Positions 35,501 to 46,300 of a stretch of 64,000 nucleotides of DNA are shown here, in pieces. The notes beneath the pieces are model-generated. The model ran no database searches, was not told the origin of the DNA, and saw only the letters and a list, made by a program, of their open reading frames with translations. This stretch comes from Podarcis erhardii (lineage: Eukaryota). Both the position numbers and the translations under genes were made by a program. The stretch lies in the NCBI GenBank assembly GCA_964252035.1, contig OZ176205.1, one strand, 5' to 3'. The first letter of the stretch is position 1, and each line of letters begins with the position of its first letter.

Positions 35501-37212
35501 ATGTTCTGTGTAACAGCTGGGACTGGCTTTTCAAGACATGAGGATAACACTTAAAGCTTTAGAGCCAAAATGAGCAAAGCACTAAGCACACTTCTGCAAG
35601 AACTTGCTGCATTTGGGGAGTTAGATTAGCTTGCACTGCTTGATCACTTCCTGAACTCTGTAAACATGTGGGTACTACTTGAACCACAGCTGTTGCTCCT
35701 TCCTATTCTGACACAGGGGCGTGGAAAGTTGCCCAAGATACCCAGCCTTTCCTGTAAGAGGGGAACTACAGTTGTAACTAATTCCTCGGTTTGAGGTGGA
35801 CGTTTGTGAGAACCGTGGCCCTATGTTGATTTTGGGGAGAATTCAGAAGAGGGTAGCAAATATGGTTAAAAGGTCACATCATTGAGAAAAGGTGAAAAGA
35901 ACTGAGCACATCTATTACCCATGAGAAAATCAGATTGACGTTGAGCCTGAAAATAATCTTCAGTCTGTATTAAAATCTTACCCCAAAGCTGATGGCAAGA
36001 ATGCATGCGCCTGTTGCCAAACACTGTAGATGTAGGGCAATGGATTTTAAATGGCAAAAGTTTAGATTTAAGATGAATTTGCTGAAAGAACAAGCCATGG
36101 GAGCAAGTTGCCCAGGGACATTGCTGAATAGCTTTCCTTGGAGTTGCATGGTCAAATAAGCACATGATAGAACAGACATAGGAATTCTTTAGCTGATCCT
36201 TGAGGACACTTCCAAATTACTTTTGCCATTCAAAGAGGACTCTAATAAGATAGTTCCCCACCCTCTTCACCTGTAGTCCACAGCCTAGAATTTCTGGGAG
36301 CCTTACTTATTTAAGACACACATAATAAGCACCTTGCTCTCCTGCTTAACTTCCCTTCTTGTAGGGTTTGTCTCACTATGAAGTAAAATGCAACCGCCAT
36401 GAGACAACTACTGGAACAGCTCCCAACAAGGACATACCTTATTCTGACCATGAAGCTGTCATAGCCACACTATCTGTGAACAAGAGAGAGTTAGGCAAAA
36501 GCCTAAACCACCCTAGAGTTGGTGAGTACCCCAGTTTCATTGCTTTGGCACAGGAGGGAGCAAGTACTCATGCCTTTGGGAAGAGGGGAGGGATGGCAAA
36601 GCCTGCCTGCTCCATCCCCAGTGGTGCTCCTTCAAGGCCTGCTCTCGCCCATTAACCTCCCTGGAGAGAAGAGTGTGGCCGTTGCGCTAGGGCCCTGGCT
36701 TCTCTGCAGGCCTGCACTACCATAGTCAAGAAGCCAGTATCTCTGCATAAAGTAGCAGTCTTGGCCTGCCTCTCCAGACCAGCGAGTGGGCTTGGACACA
36801 AATGTGTTAGGGCTTTTACTGCCTCAACACGCACTGTGGTTGAGTCCTGCTGCCGTCTGTCTTCCTAGAACCGGTGCTGGTGGACGTCTTGAACGAAGCC
36901 CGTATGGAGGTGCGGGTAGGGCTGCACGCGGCCGAGCGGCAGCAGTACTCCTGCGGCCGCATGGCCGTCCTGGCCGTGCTGCTGCTGCTCATGCAGGCGA
37001 CCATGGGCCTGAGCTCCATGTTTGGCGATGCCCTCCTGCAGCCCTTCCCCAAGTTCTCCTTCTCGCTGCTCAGCCTGCTGGGGGTGTTGGTGTTGCTCAT
37101 CTCAGCTGTGCTCTACCTCTTCCACACCATCGAGGTCAAGGTGCTCCAGGGGACAGAGGAGCAGATGCGGGTGGGGCTGCAGACACTCCAGGACAAGCTG
37201 AGCTCTCGGTGA
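29025..37212 (+). CDS. SMPD2: Sphingomyelin phosphodiesterase 2 (neutral sphingomyelinase 1), complete spliced CDS, 1230 nt / 409 aa
   Basis: Ten phase-compatible exons of 50, 97, 77, 94, 90, 83, 133, 105, 157 and 344 nt. EEP-family motifs are intact (LNCW, LQEVW, GDWFGGK, VTHLHA, GGDLN, RIDY, SDHEA), followed by two C-terminal hydrophobic helices. Confidence 0.95.
29562..29590. repeat. (CT)n microsatellite
   Basis: Direct reading. Confidence 0.9.
30305..30401 (+). CDS. SMPD2: SMPD2 exon AIRYLSKVRQQRIELIGNVLNQEGYDLALLQE
   Basis: 97 nt, AG/GT-bounded; includes the Mg-binding Glu. Confidence 0.95.
30628..30704 (+). CDS. SMPD2: SMPD2 exon VWSERDYWELKKKLCARYPSSHYFK(S)
   Basis: 77 nt, AG/GT-bounded. 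Confidence 0.94.
31629..31722 (+). CDS. SMPD2: SMPD2 exon GVIGSGLCIFSRYQILDTFLYQYSVNGYPYM
   Basis: 94 nt, AG/GT-bounded. Confidence 0.95.
31851..31940 (+). CDS. SMPD2: SMPD2 exon FQHGDWFGGKSVGLVVLKIQEIVFNIYVTH
   Basis: 90 nt; P-loop-like GDWFGGK. An alternative in-frame acceptor lies 24 nt upstream. Confidence 0.95.
32125..32372. mobile_element. Degenerate Tc1/mariner MITE with internal palindromes
   Basis: Starts ta|caatcataccttggttttcgaac; internal hairpins at about 32255-32296 and 32320-32364; degenerate right end ccaaggt. Confidence 0.6.
33924..34006 (+). CDS. SMPD2: SMPD2 exon LHAEYCREKDAYLPHRVVQAWELAQFI(Q)
   Basis: 83 nt, AG/GT-bounded. Confidence 0.95.
34320..34452 (+). CDS. SMPD2: SMPD2 exon HTSKGADVVLLGGDLNMHPEDVGIRLLRGWAGLRDSFIAAEKVE
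   Basis: 133 nt; catalytic GDLN motif. Confidence 0.95.
35136..35240 (+). CDS. SMPD2: SMPD2 exon GGEDGSTLLPTNCFTSKKELRCYPQGIRIDYILYK
   Basis: 105 nt; RIDY motif. Confidence 0.95.
36365..36521 (+). CDS. SMPD2: SMPD2 exon GLSHYEVKCNRHETTTGTAPNKDIPYSDHEAVIATLSVNKRELGKSLNHPRV
   Basis: 157 nt; catalytic SDH motif. Confidence 0.94.
36869..37212 (+). CDS. SMPD2: SMPD2 last coding exon, two transmembrane helices, ...DKLSSR*
   Basis: cttcctag acceptor, TGA at 37210-37212. Confidence 0.94.
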
Positions 37213-37385
37213 GGCCTGTCGCTTGCCGGAACTCCAACAGGGACCAAGAGACTGTGCTGAAAGCTTTTCCGGGAGCCGTAAGTTCCTCTGTGCCGCCAGG
37301 TTCTAAGGGTTAGTCGTTTTTTAAGCATGTGGCAGCGATTGCCGTAGAAGTTTTATTATTATTATTTTTAGCTTAATTCTAGGGC

Positions 37386-37391
37386 AATAAA
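37386..37391 (+). terminator. Candidate SMPD2 polyadenylation signal (second AATAAA at 37661-37666)
   Basis: First AATAAA after the stop codon. Confidence 0.5.
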
Positions 37392-38855
37392 ACTTTCTAC
37401 GAATAGTTCTGACCTTCTGCTGAAGGGATTCTAGCACAAGTACGATTCGTGCAGAAGGGAATTTTGAAACGAAAGCAGTTCAACTGCATGCGGTTCAGCT
37501 TGTGGCTGTTTAGAAACCAGCATTTATCAAACCAAACCACGCTGTTCCGACCGAGTCGGGTGGCTGAATTAGTACTGTAAAAGCCTGGTGTTAAGCAGAC
37601 GAGTTAAAATGTGTATAGCATTTCTAGTTTATACAAAGTTCCTTTTTGAATTGAAAACAGAATAAATCAGTCTTCAAATACAACAGAGCAGAAAGTAGCA
37701 TTTACTGGTGAAATTCTTTTTCTTGAAACCCTTTTTATTAATTGCTTGCTTAGCACTTGAATGTACCAAAATCCTTTCACTGACATCATACTTCCTGCAG
37801 CTCTTGTGAAGTAGATCACTGTTGTTTGCATTTCTTTGGGGGGGGGGGGAGTGATGCTAAAGGGCTTCCTGCAGACCAGCCAGAAAGCTTAAGGCTGGTG
37901 TGGCTGCTTCCTAATAAGTCAAACCATTGAACCATGCAGGCCTCCAGGTATCAGGCAGGGGGCATTTCCCAGCTGTCTTACCTAAGATCCTGGGAATCTG
38001 CAGATGCCAGTCTCAGCCTGCGACCTGCATGCAAAAGACATGCCACTAGCACTTCTGGCTCTCAGCTAAGGAGCTAGCCTTCAGCACAGTTCTTAGTAGC
38101 GTATTATGTAATTGTGAGTCTTTTTAAAAATCTCTTAAATACTCTTCTTCTGTTGGAAAAGCCCTCCTTTGACACCAGCGGCAACCTGTAGAGCTGAGAT
38201 TAGCAGTCTTCAGGCTGAATTTCACCCTTTTAGCAGCTTAAAACATCTTGGGAGAGATGGAGACCTATATACAAATGAGACCAGGAATCCTACCTTTGGT
38301 ATGTAGATATATTTTTCTTACCATGGATGACCCCCATCCTACCACCCCATGCCCCTCTTCACTGTGCCAAGCTGACAAAAAGTACTTATCATCTAGCAGG
38401 CAGAAAATGGTTTGGTGTGTTACTGAAGACGTAGTTGTCAACCACGGTTACATTGAGAACATTGTGAGAGGCTGCATGCAAATAGCCCAGATAGCAGACA
38501 GGTCTGTGAAAGCATGTAGGTAATCATGTCCAGCCTAGAACAGCATCTTTTTGATGCATGTGAGTGTTTGTTTATAAGCTCATCCAGTAGCCTACTCTTC
38601 CTCAAAGGGTTCAGAGCAGCTTTCATCGAGGTTTCTCCCATCTGGGCACATTACCTGCGCCTCTTTCATTATGTGCCCTTCCTTGCCATTCTCATTTAGT
38701 GAGAGAAAGGCAGGCATCACAGTTGTCTTCTCAAAAAGTTTAGTACAGCCCAAGAAAACTTCAGAAGATACCTGTGGGATATCCCCCCCCCCCTTGTATT
38801 AAATTAGCTTGGATGAGAAAAGGCAGGACAACACTTCCAGCTCACTCCATGCATC

Positions 38856-38861
38856 TTTATT
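38856..38861 (-). terminator. Candidate MICAL1 polyadenylation signal
   Basis: TTTATT on + (AATAAA on -), about 1.27 kb past the stop; another lies at 39053-39058. Confidence 0.45.
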
Positions 38862-40121
38862 GAAAGAGGAGCACACAGCCCATAAAAAGAGCTGTGGCTT
38901 AACAGCAGTTCAGGCATGGCAACCTTCTGATTCTAACAGGTAGCCATCTCCTCAGCCACAGAGGTCTGACCCTTGTTCTGTAAAGGGGCTTGCTGCAGGA
39001 GCAGTTTATGGTGATGAAAAAGCGCCCCTAATTCTTCTCTAGTGGCTGTTCTTTTATTGCTTTGGGATACTATATTCAGACCACACCTGTGTGGTTTTAT
39101 AGCTGGCAATCCATTACACATGTAAGTAGAGTGTGAGTGGCAAAGATACCTATCCAGATACTGTGTGACAGGATCACACTTCTCCAGTGGCCATGCTGTT
39201 TTTTATTATAATTCCTGGCAGGCTGCATGCAGCCTTGCTCATTCAACTGACAGGTCTGTGCCCACTCCCTAGTAATACCCTGTAAATTGTTTATATTAGA
39301 AAGGCCTTGCTGGTGTTGTTGGGACTCCCAACTCCCTTCAGATCCAGCCAATGATCAGGGATTATAGGAGTTGTAGTCCCAACAACACTGGGTGGGGGGG
39401 CACAGGTTCCCTACAGCTGGTTTATATATTAAATTATTTAGCATTTATGCCCCTCCAAATATCTCATGCTAGTTTGGGAGTGGGAGGTGCAAGTAATATT
39501 GCTCTGCTGGAGCTTGGGTGAAGGCAGAAATGCTCACTTGCACAGCAGCAGCAGCCCCCTGCTACCCAAGTGGCAAACATTGCAGCTGCCTGAAGTGGCA
39601 TGAAAGAGGAGCTGTCCTGGTAAGCGAGGCCTGTTTCATAGGGGAGAATGCAGGCAGCTATAGATAGTTACATGTGCAATATTGTCTCCCTGTAGCCAGT
39701 GTAAAGAAGAATTTGGAGGACAACCTTAAGTCACACTATAATGAAATCACTTATTGGCAAAAAGAATATAATAAAAAAATGGCCATATTTCCAGTCTTAC
39801 TACTTAAAAACACTCGCATCAAGGTCAGGCTTGTTCTCCTTACACCTAATAGCAGCTACCAAACACTAATCTGCAGGGCGGCGGGGAGGGCAAGGGACTC
39901 AATCCCAGGCAGCTGGCCTAGGCTGCTAATGAACGAACTCACTGAAGTGCCTGATGCTTACAGCACAGAGCTGCAGCCAGCACCTTGGCCTTCATTATTA
40001 CTGGGGTGCCTCAGACAGATCTTTGCTGAAGATCACAGTCCTCTGCAGATACGCGTTAAAACGGAACTTGTCTTAAAATGTAGCTTCTGCACAAAGACAA
40101 AAGCTTCAATATAGCCAACTC

Positions 40122-40285
40122 TCAAATCTTCCCAAGGTCCCCAAATGCTGGTGCGTGCTCGTAAAGCTCACTTAGACGCTTCTTCTCCTGCATCTCAATT
40201 AGAGCACTGCGCTGGTTCACAACCTCCAGCAGCTGGGACAGGATCTCCTTCTCTTTCAGCTGGTCTTCTAGGGTTTTTGAAGTCT
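40122..40285 (-). CDS. MICAL1: MICAL1 last coding exon (E)[53 protein letters not shown]
   Basis: ttttaaag acceptor; TGA at 40124-40122. Confidence 0.93.
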
Positions 40286-43262
40286 CTTTAAAAAAACACA
40301 CACACACAAAAATGCGGCTCCAAGTCAGTCACTATTATGGCATAGAAAATAGGGAGCCTGCGGTCATCCAGATATTACACGACTGCATCTCAAATTATCC
40401 CTGCCCACTGGCCAGGAATTGTAGTCCCAACAATCTGGAGAGTCACAGGCTCCCCACCCCTGCTGTGAATGAAATTTCTGTTTAGTGTCTGTATATGTAA
40501 TTCTTCTCAGCAGTTAAGTGAAATCAGGCAGACAGCGTGTCTCCATTATGACATTCCCAGAATTGCATTCTGTTTAGGACAAATTAATCCACATACCCCG
40601 TCTTCTCCATCACCAGTGTGTATTTAGAAACATTCTATACGCACAATGAAAATATCTAACCCTAACAACAGATCATGAGAACAAAGGAGCTGGTTCAAAG
40701 TTTGAATAATTGAGCCACGCTAAATTAGCAGGGGTGGGCAGGAATCACATGCACTGCTTTCTGCAATGGTACGCAGGTTTTCTGATAGAAGCAGGTACAT
40801 ATAAGATGCCAGAGTTCATTTACTTTGATAACTAACGGGCTCTAACTAGACTACAGCAGGCATAATTGAGTGCATAAAACAATTCTGCTTGATGCAAGAG
40901 ACTTGAGTTCCTTTGCCAACTAGCTTAAAGCCCAAGAGAATCAGATATAGTAAATAGCAGGGTAGCAAGCTTCTGTTTCATGTATCCATCCTAAATGACC
41001 TTTCCCTCCCCTCATTCAATCAATTGATTTACAGTAATCAATTCTGTGAATGAATAAAAATATGCTCCCACTTAACTGGGCAGCAGTTACAAAAAATAGC
41101 TTGGCAAGCATTTCTTGGGTTTCTCTACATTTCCTAGTATAAACCTGGACCCCTTATACTCTCTCTTACCGTCCATATTATCGTATTGGCGCAGCTCATG
41201 ATCCAGTTGGCACTGCTGTTCCTCTAGTTTCAGCTCTTGCACCCTATGGGGTAATAAATAACAACGGAGAACTTTGGTCATCCATAATTGAGAAGCTCAT
41301 GATAGTATACAAGATCCACTCTTGAGAAGTCTTCCAATTGATTCTCCCTTTGTTAGTAACAGTCCTCTGTATACTGTCGGCTCAAATATCCATATACTTT
41401 AAGCCTCATTAAGAACAGACTATTGGGCATGAGTTAAAGTAGTAATGAATAAGGCATGTCTGCCTTGTCTAACTGGAGCTTCCCAGGGAAAGGTCCTGTT
41501 CTCCCTGAGATAGCCAATACTTCTGCAGTTTACAGAGGCCTTTCTATCTATAGAACATTACCAGGGGAGTAGTTCTTCTATATACACATGGCAGACTTTC
41601 AACATAAGGTCTGGTCCAGTGCCAACTTTGCATGGGTTCATTCTCAGAATTCCCACTACTGGTCTGCATCAGCCTCCCAGATGTTGCTGGACTCAAGCTC
41701 CCATCAGCCCCAGCTCATGTGGCCAGTGGACAGGGATGATGGGAGCTGTAGTCCAATGAAAGGCTGGTGTATTCTGCCAGCTGTATGTTTTGTTTCAAAT
41801 GAGCTAGCTGTTTAAAACCAAGCAAGGAAAGGGGACAAAAATGACTTTTTAAAATGGCTTAGGGGACTAAGATCTGCCACTAAGTCCAAGAGCAACTCTA
41901 AACCCCTTAACCTCCCTTCCCCACCCTTGACTGGCACAGTAGTTCTATTCATGCTGTCTGTGTGACACACCATCTTCCAGCACTCTGAATATGAACTAGG
42001 TTGGGTTGTTAACGGCATTCAAGGTAGCACAGGAACCAGAATAATGCCACTGGGGTATCAAGAAAAACTGAGCACTACATGTGATAGTACAGGAAGGAGC
42101 AGTGCTGTACCAACTCCCCTGTGATCAGAACTGACATGAGTACCAGGTCTCAAAACTATGAGAGGCAGGGTCTCTTACGCAATCATGAGGTCAGACTCCT
42201 CGCACATCAGGCTGTTCTTCTTTTGGACCAGGGAAAGCAGCTGGTTCATCCATTGTTTTAGTTCAGCATCTGTTCCTGGAGGATAAAGGAGGGAAGAAGT
42301 TATCCCAGGAGTACAGCTGCCATTGCATGTATTATCCATAGGCTGCAGCCTCACCCCCATCTCTCTTGGCGGAAGCCCAGGCTCTTACCTCTCTCTTCCC
42401 GCAGAGATCGCTCCAGCTCTATTCCCTGTTGTTCAAGCTCTCGGAAAGTCACTTCAATCTCTTCCAGCCTCCTCTGGATTGACTGGAATGCCCAAGCAAT
42501 AAAGAGTTGGTCAAATGAAGAAAGCATTTCAAAGTGTAAGGAAGAGGAACCCAAACACGGGTGGATAGCTTCCCAGAATAGCTGGCAGGAACTCTTATAG
42601 GGTAGTAGTACATTTTTTTGCAAAACCTGGCAGTGCTTATGATTGCCTATGAAGCAAAAAATGCCCATGTGTTACATCATTAAAAATCTAAGGGCATGAT
42701 CCAATCCCTCCGGAACCTGAAACTGTGGATGTACAGGCTACTTAATACTATAAGCGCAATTTAGTCATTTTACAGTTTCTAGAATATTTCTGCCATTAAC
42801 TTTATATGTGCGTACCATTTGCAACAGTTTAGAACCTATCAACTGTTGTGAAATAACTCACAAAGGATTTATAACTATTATAATCATCACGCTCATACAG
42901 TTCTATAAATTAAATTTTGAAATACTTTATACAATTAGTTGAATGAGCAAAATAGTCAACCTAGGGCTTCACACAGAAGGTGTTTCGGCACAGGAAGCAG
43001 CACACTCCAGTTTCAGGAAGCCTAACCTACTTATATGGGGTGGGACATTAACAGTGGGAGCAACTAGGATACAAGAGGAAAAGTGGGGGAAGCTAAGTGA
43101 GAGTTTACATCTAAATTAACAGGAGGAGGGCTCCAAAGTGGAGAAAATGGGTGATACTAAAGCCAGGAACTGGTACTATCAAGTCAGTGGAAATGGGCTA
43201 TTTCACATTAGAAGTGAACACTGTTTTTTAGTCATTCATTCATTTGTTACAATCCAGCTTAG

Positions 43263-43301
<39 letters not shown>

Positions 43302-46300
43302 TCCTAAAGGGCAGATTCAAAATCCATTAAATAATACTTTTTATACAGGTCAACAATGTCACACATCATTAGTCCTGGTATAGGGCAGCTCCCCATTTTA
43401 TGCAGCAAACACAACAAGAGTGATTCCCTACCCCAAGTGAATCTTTAAGCATTTGTGTGCTGGAAACCCTTCCTGGAACAGCTGGATGTCTACATAATGA
43501 ATTTTCTCTGGGAAATGGTAGTAAAGCTTGGATATATGCAAGCAAACATTCACCACATAAAGTGTGCAGCTGTTTATAATAACAGGGAGACTCTCTAGAG
43601 ACACCTAACGGCCTCGGGGCTTGAGATGTGAAATAGCAGGCTGCAAGGTATCTGAAGCTTCCACCCTTAATTTCTGCAGCCCTGTTCCTCACTGGGATGA
43701 TCCCTGTAAAAGTATCAGTGCCCGTCCACCAGCGGAGCATGCAAGTATTACCTGCGCTTTGCAAAACCTTTTCATTTGCGCCTCTTTGGCTCGTCGCATC
43801 AGTGTCTTCTTCCACGTTGGATACTGAGGTTCTTCAGTGAAGCTCAGGAAATGCTGCAGCCACAACACACAAACAAGAATCAAGTGAGATGAGATGTTTT
43901 TAAAAGCCGCTGTCCACCATCTAAACTGCAGTCACAGTTTAGGGCTAGACTACTGCATACTTTCTAGCTATAACCAACAGTGACCCAGCCCCGTTACAAG
44001 AAGGTACAAAAATAAATACATAAGCCCAAGGTGCCTGGTATGACATCACTGGGGAAAAGACAAGTGAATTGTTATTGCAAAATCGAGAGCAACTTAATGC
44101 TCAGAGTCTAAGTCTGGCTGACCCTGCAGCTGCAAGAAGTCTTGACAGAGTGACTCACTCTCCAGTCAAAACTTGTTGTGTAGACAGGACCATGCCCAGA
44201 ATGCACAATGGAGAGGGTTGTCTTCAGGGCTTTGTGAGGTTCTTGTTAGTCATCCTTTCAGAACACGGATGTCTGCTGCTGTTCTTACAGACCCCCAAGC
44301 CAACTGCAGCCTCCTTGAGGGGGAATTCCAAATATTTGTCTGTGGTCCTTTTCCAGATGTGTGTCATAAATTTAGGGCCTAGCACCACCCATCCAAACTG
44401 GGGACAGGGAGGAGCTCCATGGATAAGAAGGTGCCTCCTGGAGCTTCCAACCAGCCACACCACTTGGCCAACTACTTCTGAGACTCTCTTTGTTGATGTG
44501 AATTGCTGGGAGTGTGAAAGACTTGTGGCCTGCTGCCAGTGAGATGGAGGAGATGGGGCAATGGGAAGTTGGGGTTTGGGGAAGAAAAGGAGAACGAAGA
44601 TGTGTTGTACAGAGAAACCTGTAGGGTAAGGAAAGAGAAAAGGTGGGTAATAGATGTGGAGAAACTTGTGACAGTATAGGGGGAGAAGAGCAAATGATGG
44701 GATGCAGATTTTTAACAAAAATATATAAACACAAAAATTAATAGGCTAGAGAGAGAAAAAGAAGGGAAAACAACAAAACAACAGAAAACAACAAAAAAGG
44801 AGCTATGGAGAGGGAGAAAAGTGAATGGGGGGGAGAAAAAGAAGCAGAGTTAACAGAAGGGTTCTGAGAGATGCGGTGGTGAGACGAATCCCATGATTTG
44901 CTGAAGAGATTATGTTAAAAACCAAAAGAAAATGCTCTTCTGCTGTTAAAAGCAGAGAATTGAAGAGTTGGAAAGGACCGCAAGGGTGATCTAGTCCAAC
45001 CCCTTACAATGCAGGAATCTTGCCCAACACAGGGCTCAAACCCATGACACTGAGATTAAAAGACTTATGCTCTACCAACTGAGCTATCCCAGTTTTGCTA
45101 TGTTTGGATGTCGTGATGATAACACAGCCCTCCTGAGTTACTTGAAAATGAAAATGGTCCTGAAAGTGGTTTGAGTTGTGCTTGTCTGCTGTGGTGGAAT
45201 TGAATTTTGGGCTTCTACACTCACAATATATGCTGCAAGATCTTGGCTCGTTGCTTCTTCCTCCTCTTCTTCCTCTTCACTGTCACTGTCAATCTCCAGA
45301 GAATCTGTCAAAAAAAGGACAAGAGAAAAATATTTCATTCCAGTGACTTGTGGAATGATGTCATAAATTAAAGGGTGATTTGGGGGCTGGGGGTGGAGTG
45401 AAGCTATCTTTTATAGCTAGAGATATCCAAGAGAAGAACTGGTTTTATATAATGAAGTGGGGTTCCTCATCACCAGTTAGTACTGCAGTGGTCTGAGACC
45501 CAGAACAAAACTGCTTCATAGAGGTCAGTGGATGCTGGTAGTATAGCCCTTAAACATTTATGAAGCATTAATAGAACACAGCACGTGCTTCCTGTTTTAT
45601 GGTCTCCAGAAAGAGGACAAAGGTTAAGAAAGATAACAGGAAAGCACAATATGGGAGGGTTAACTCCCATGTCAAAGAACAGAAACAGGTCTGGTAAGCT
45701 TTGTGAGTTGGATTACGCAGGCAATGTGGAGAATGCTGCTGCTGCCGCTGCCACCACCACCTACTTAAACCACTTCATCTTAAAGGATGCGGGTTTATTA
45801 GAAGACACTACCATGGAAGTGGACCAGAGTAAACAGCTCTCTGGGCCACAATGAAGGCAACTCTGATCTGCTAACATCCCAAATGCTTCCGTTTCAGAGG
45901 CAACAAGCTAAATATTCAATGTCACAAAGAATAATGTGTTTTAATATGGGATTGCACGGTGGAGAAATCCCATGTGAGCAGGGTGAACATCGCACAGCAC
46001 ACACAAATGGATATGTTACTCAGGAAGCCAGGAAGCCATATGCAGCTGTACAGGAAAGAGCACATGGTGACAGCTGAGCATGGCCTTTGACGCCTAGGTT
46101 TAAAATCAAAGGTGGGGGAGCCATTTCAATGGCTCTGATGTTATTCAGTTTTGCTGAGGTTTCCTCCCATGTTTATGGTCTGCCCCAAACTTTTGGGATA
46201 AGGCGTATGATATATAAATAAAACAACCTTCTGAGATGGTGCTGAAGCTGGGTTCTTCTATTTTCATATCTGGAAAGTGAAATGAGGCTGATATTGGACT

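Noticed and set aside
45021-45090. tRNA-Lys-like sequence on the - strand (also 63410-63481)
   Set aside because: The acceptor and T stems are degenerate and it is fused to a CR1 tail, so it is a SINE head and not a tRNA gene.
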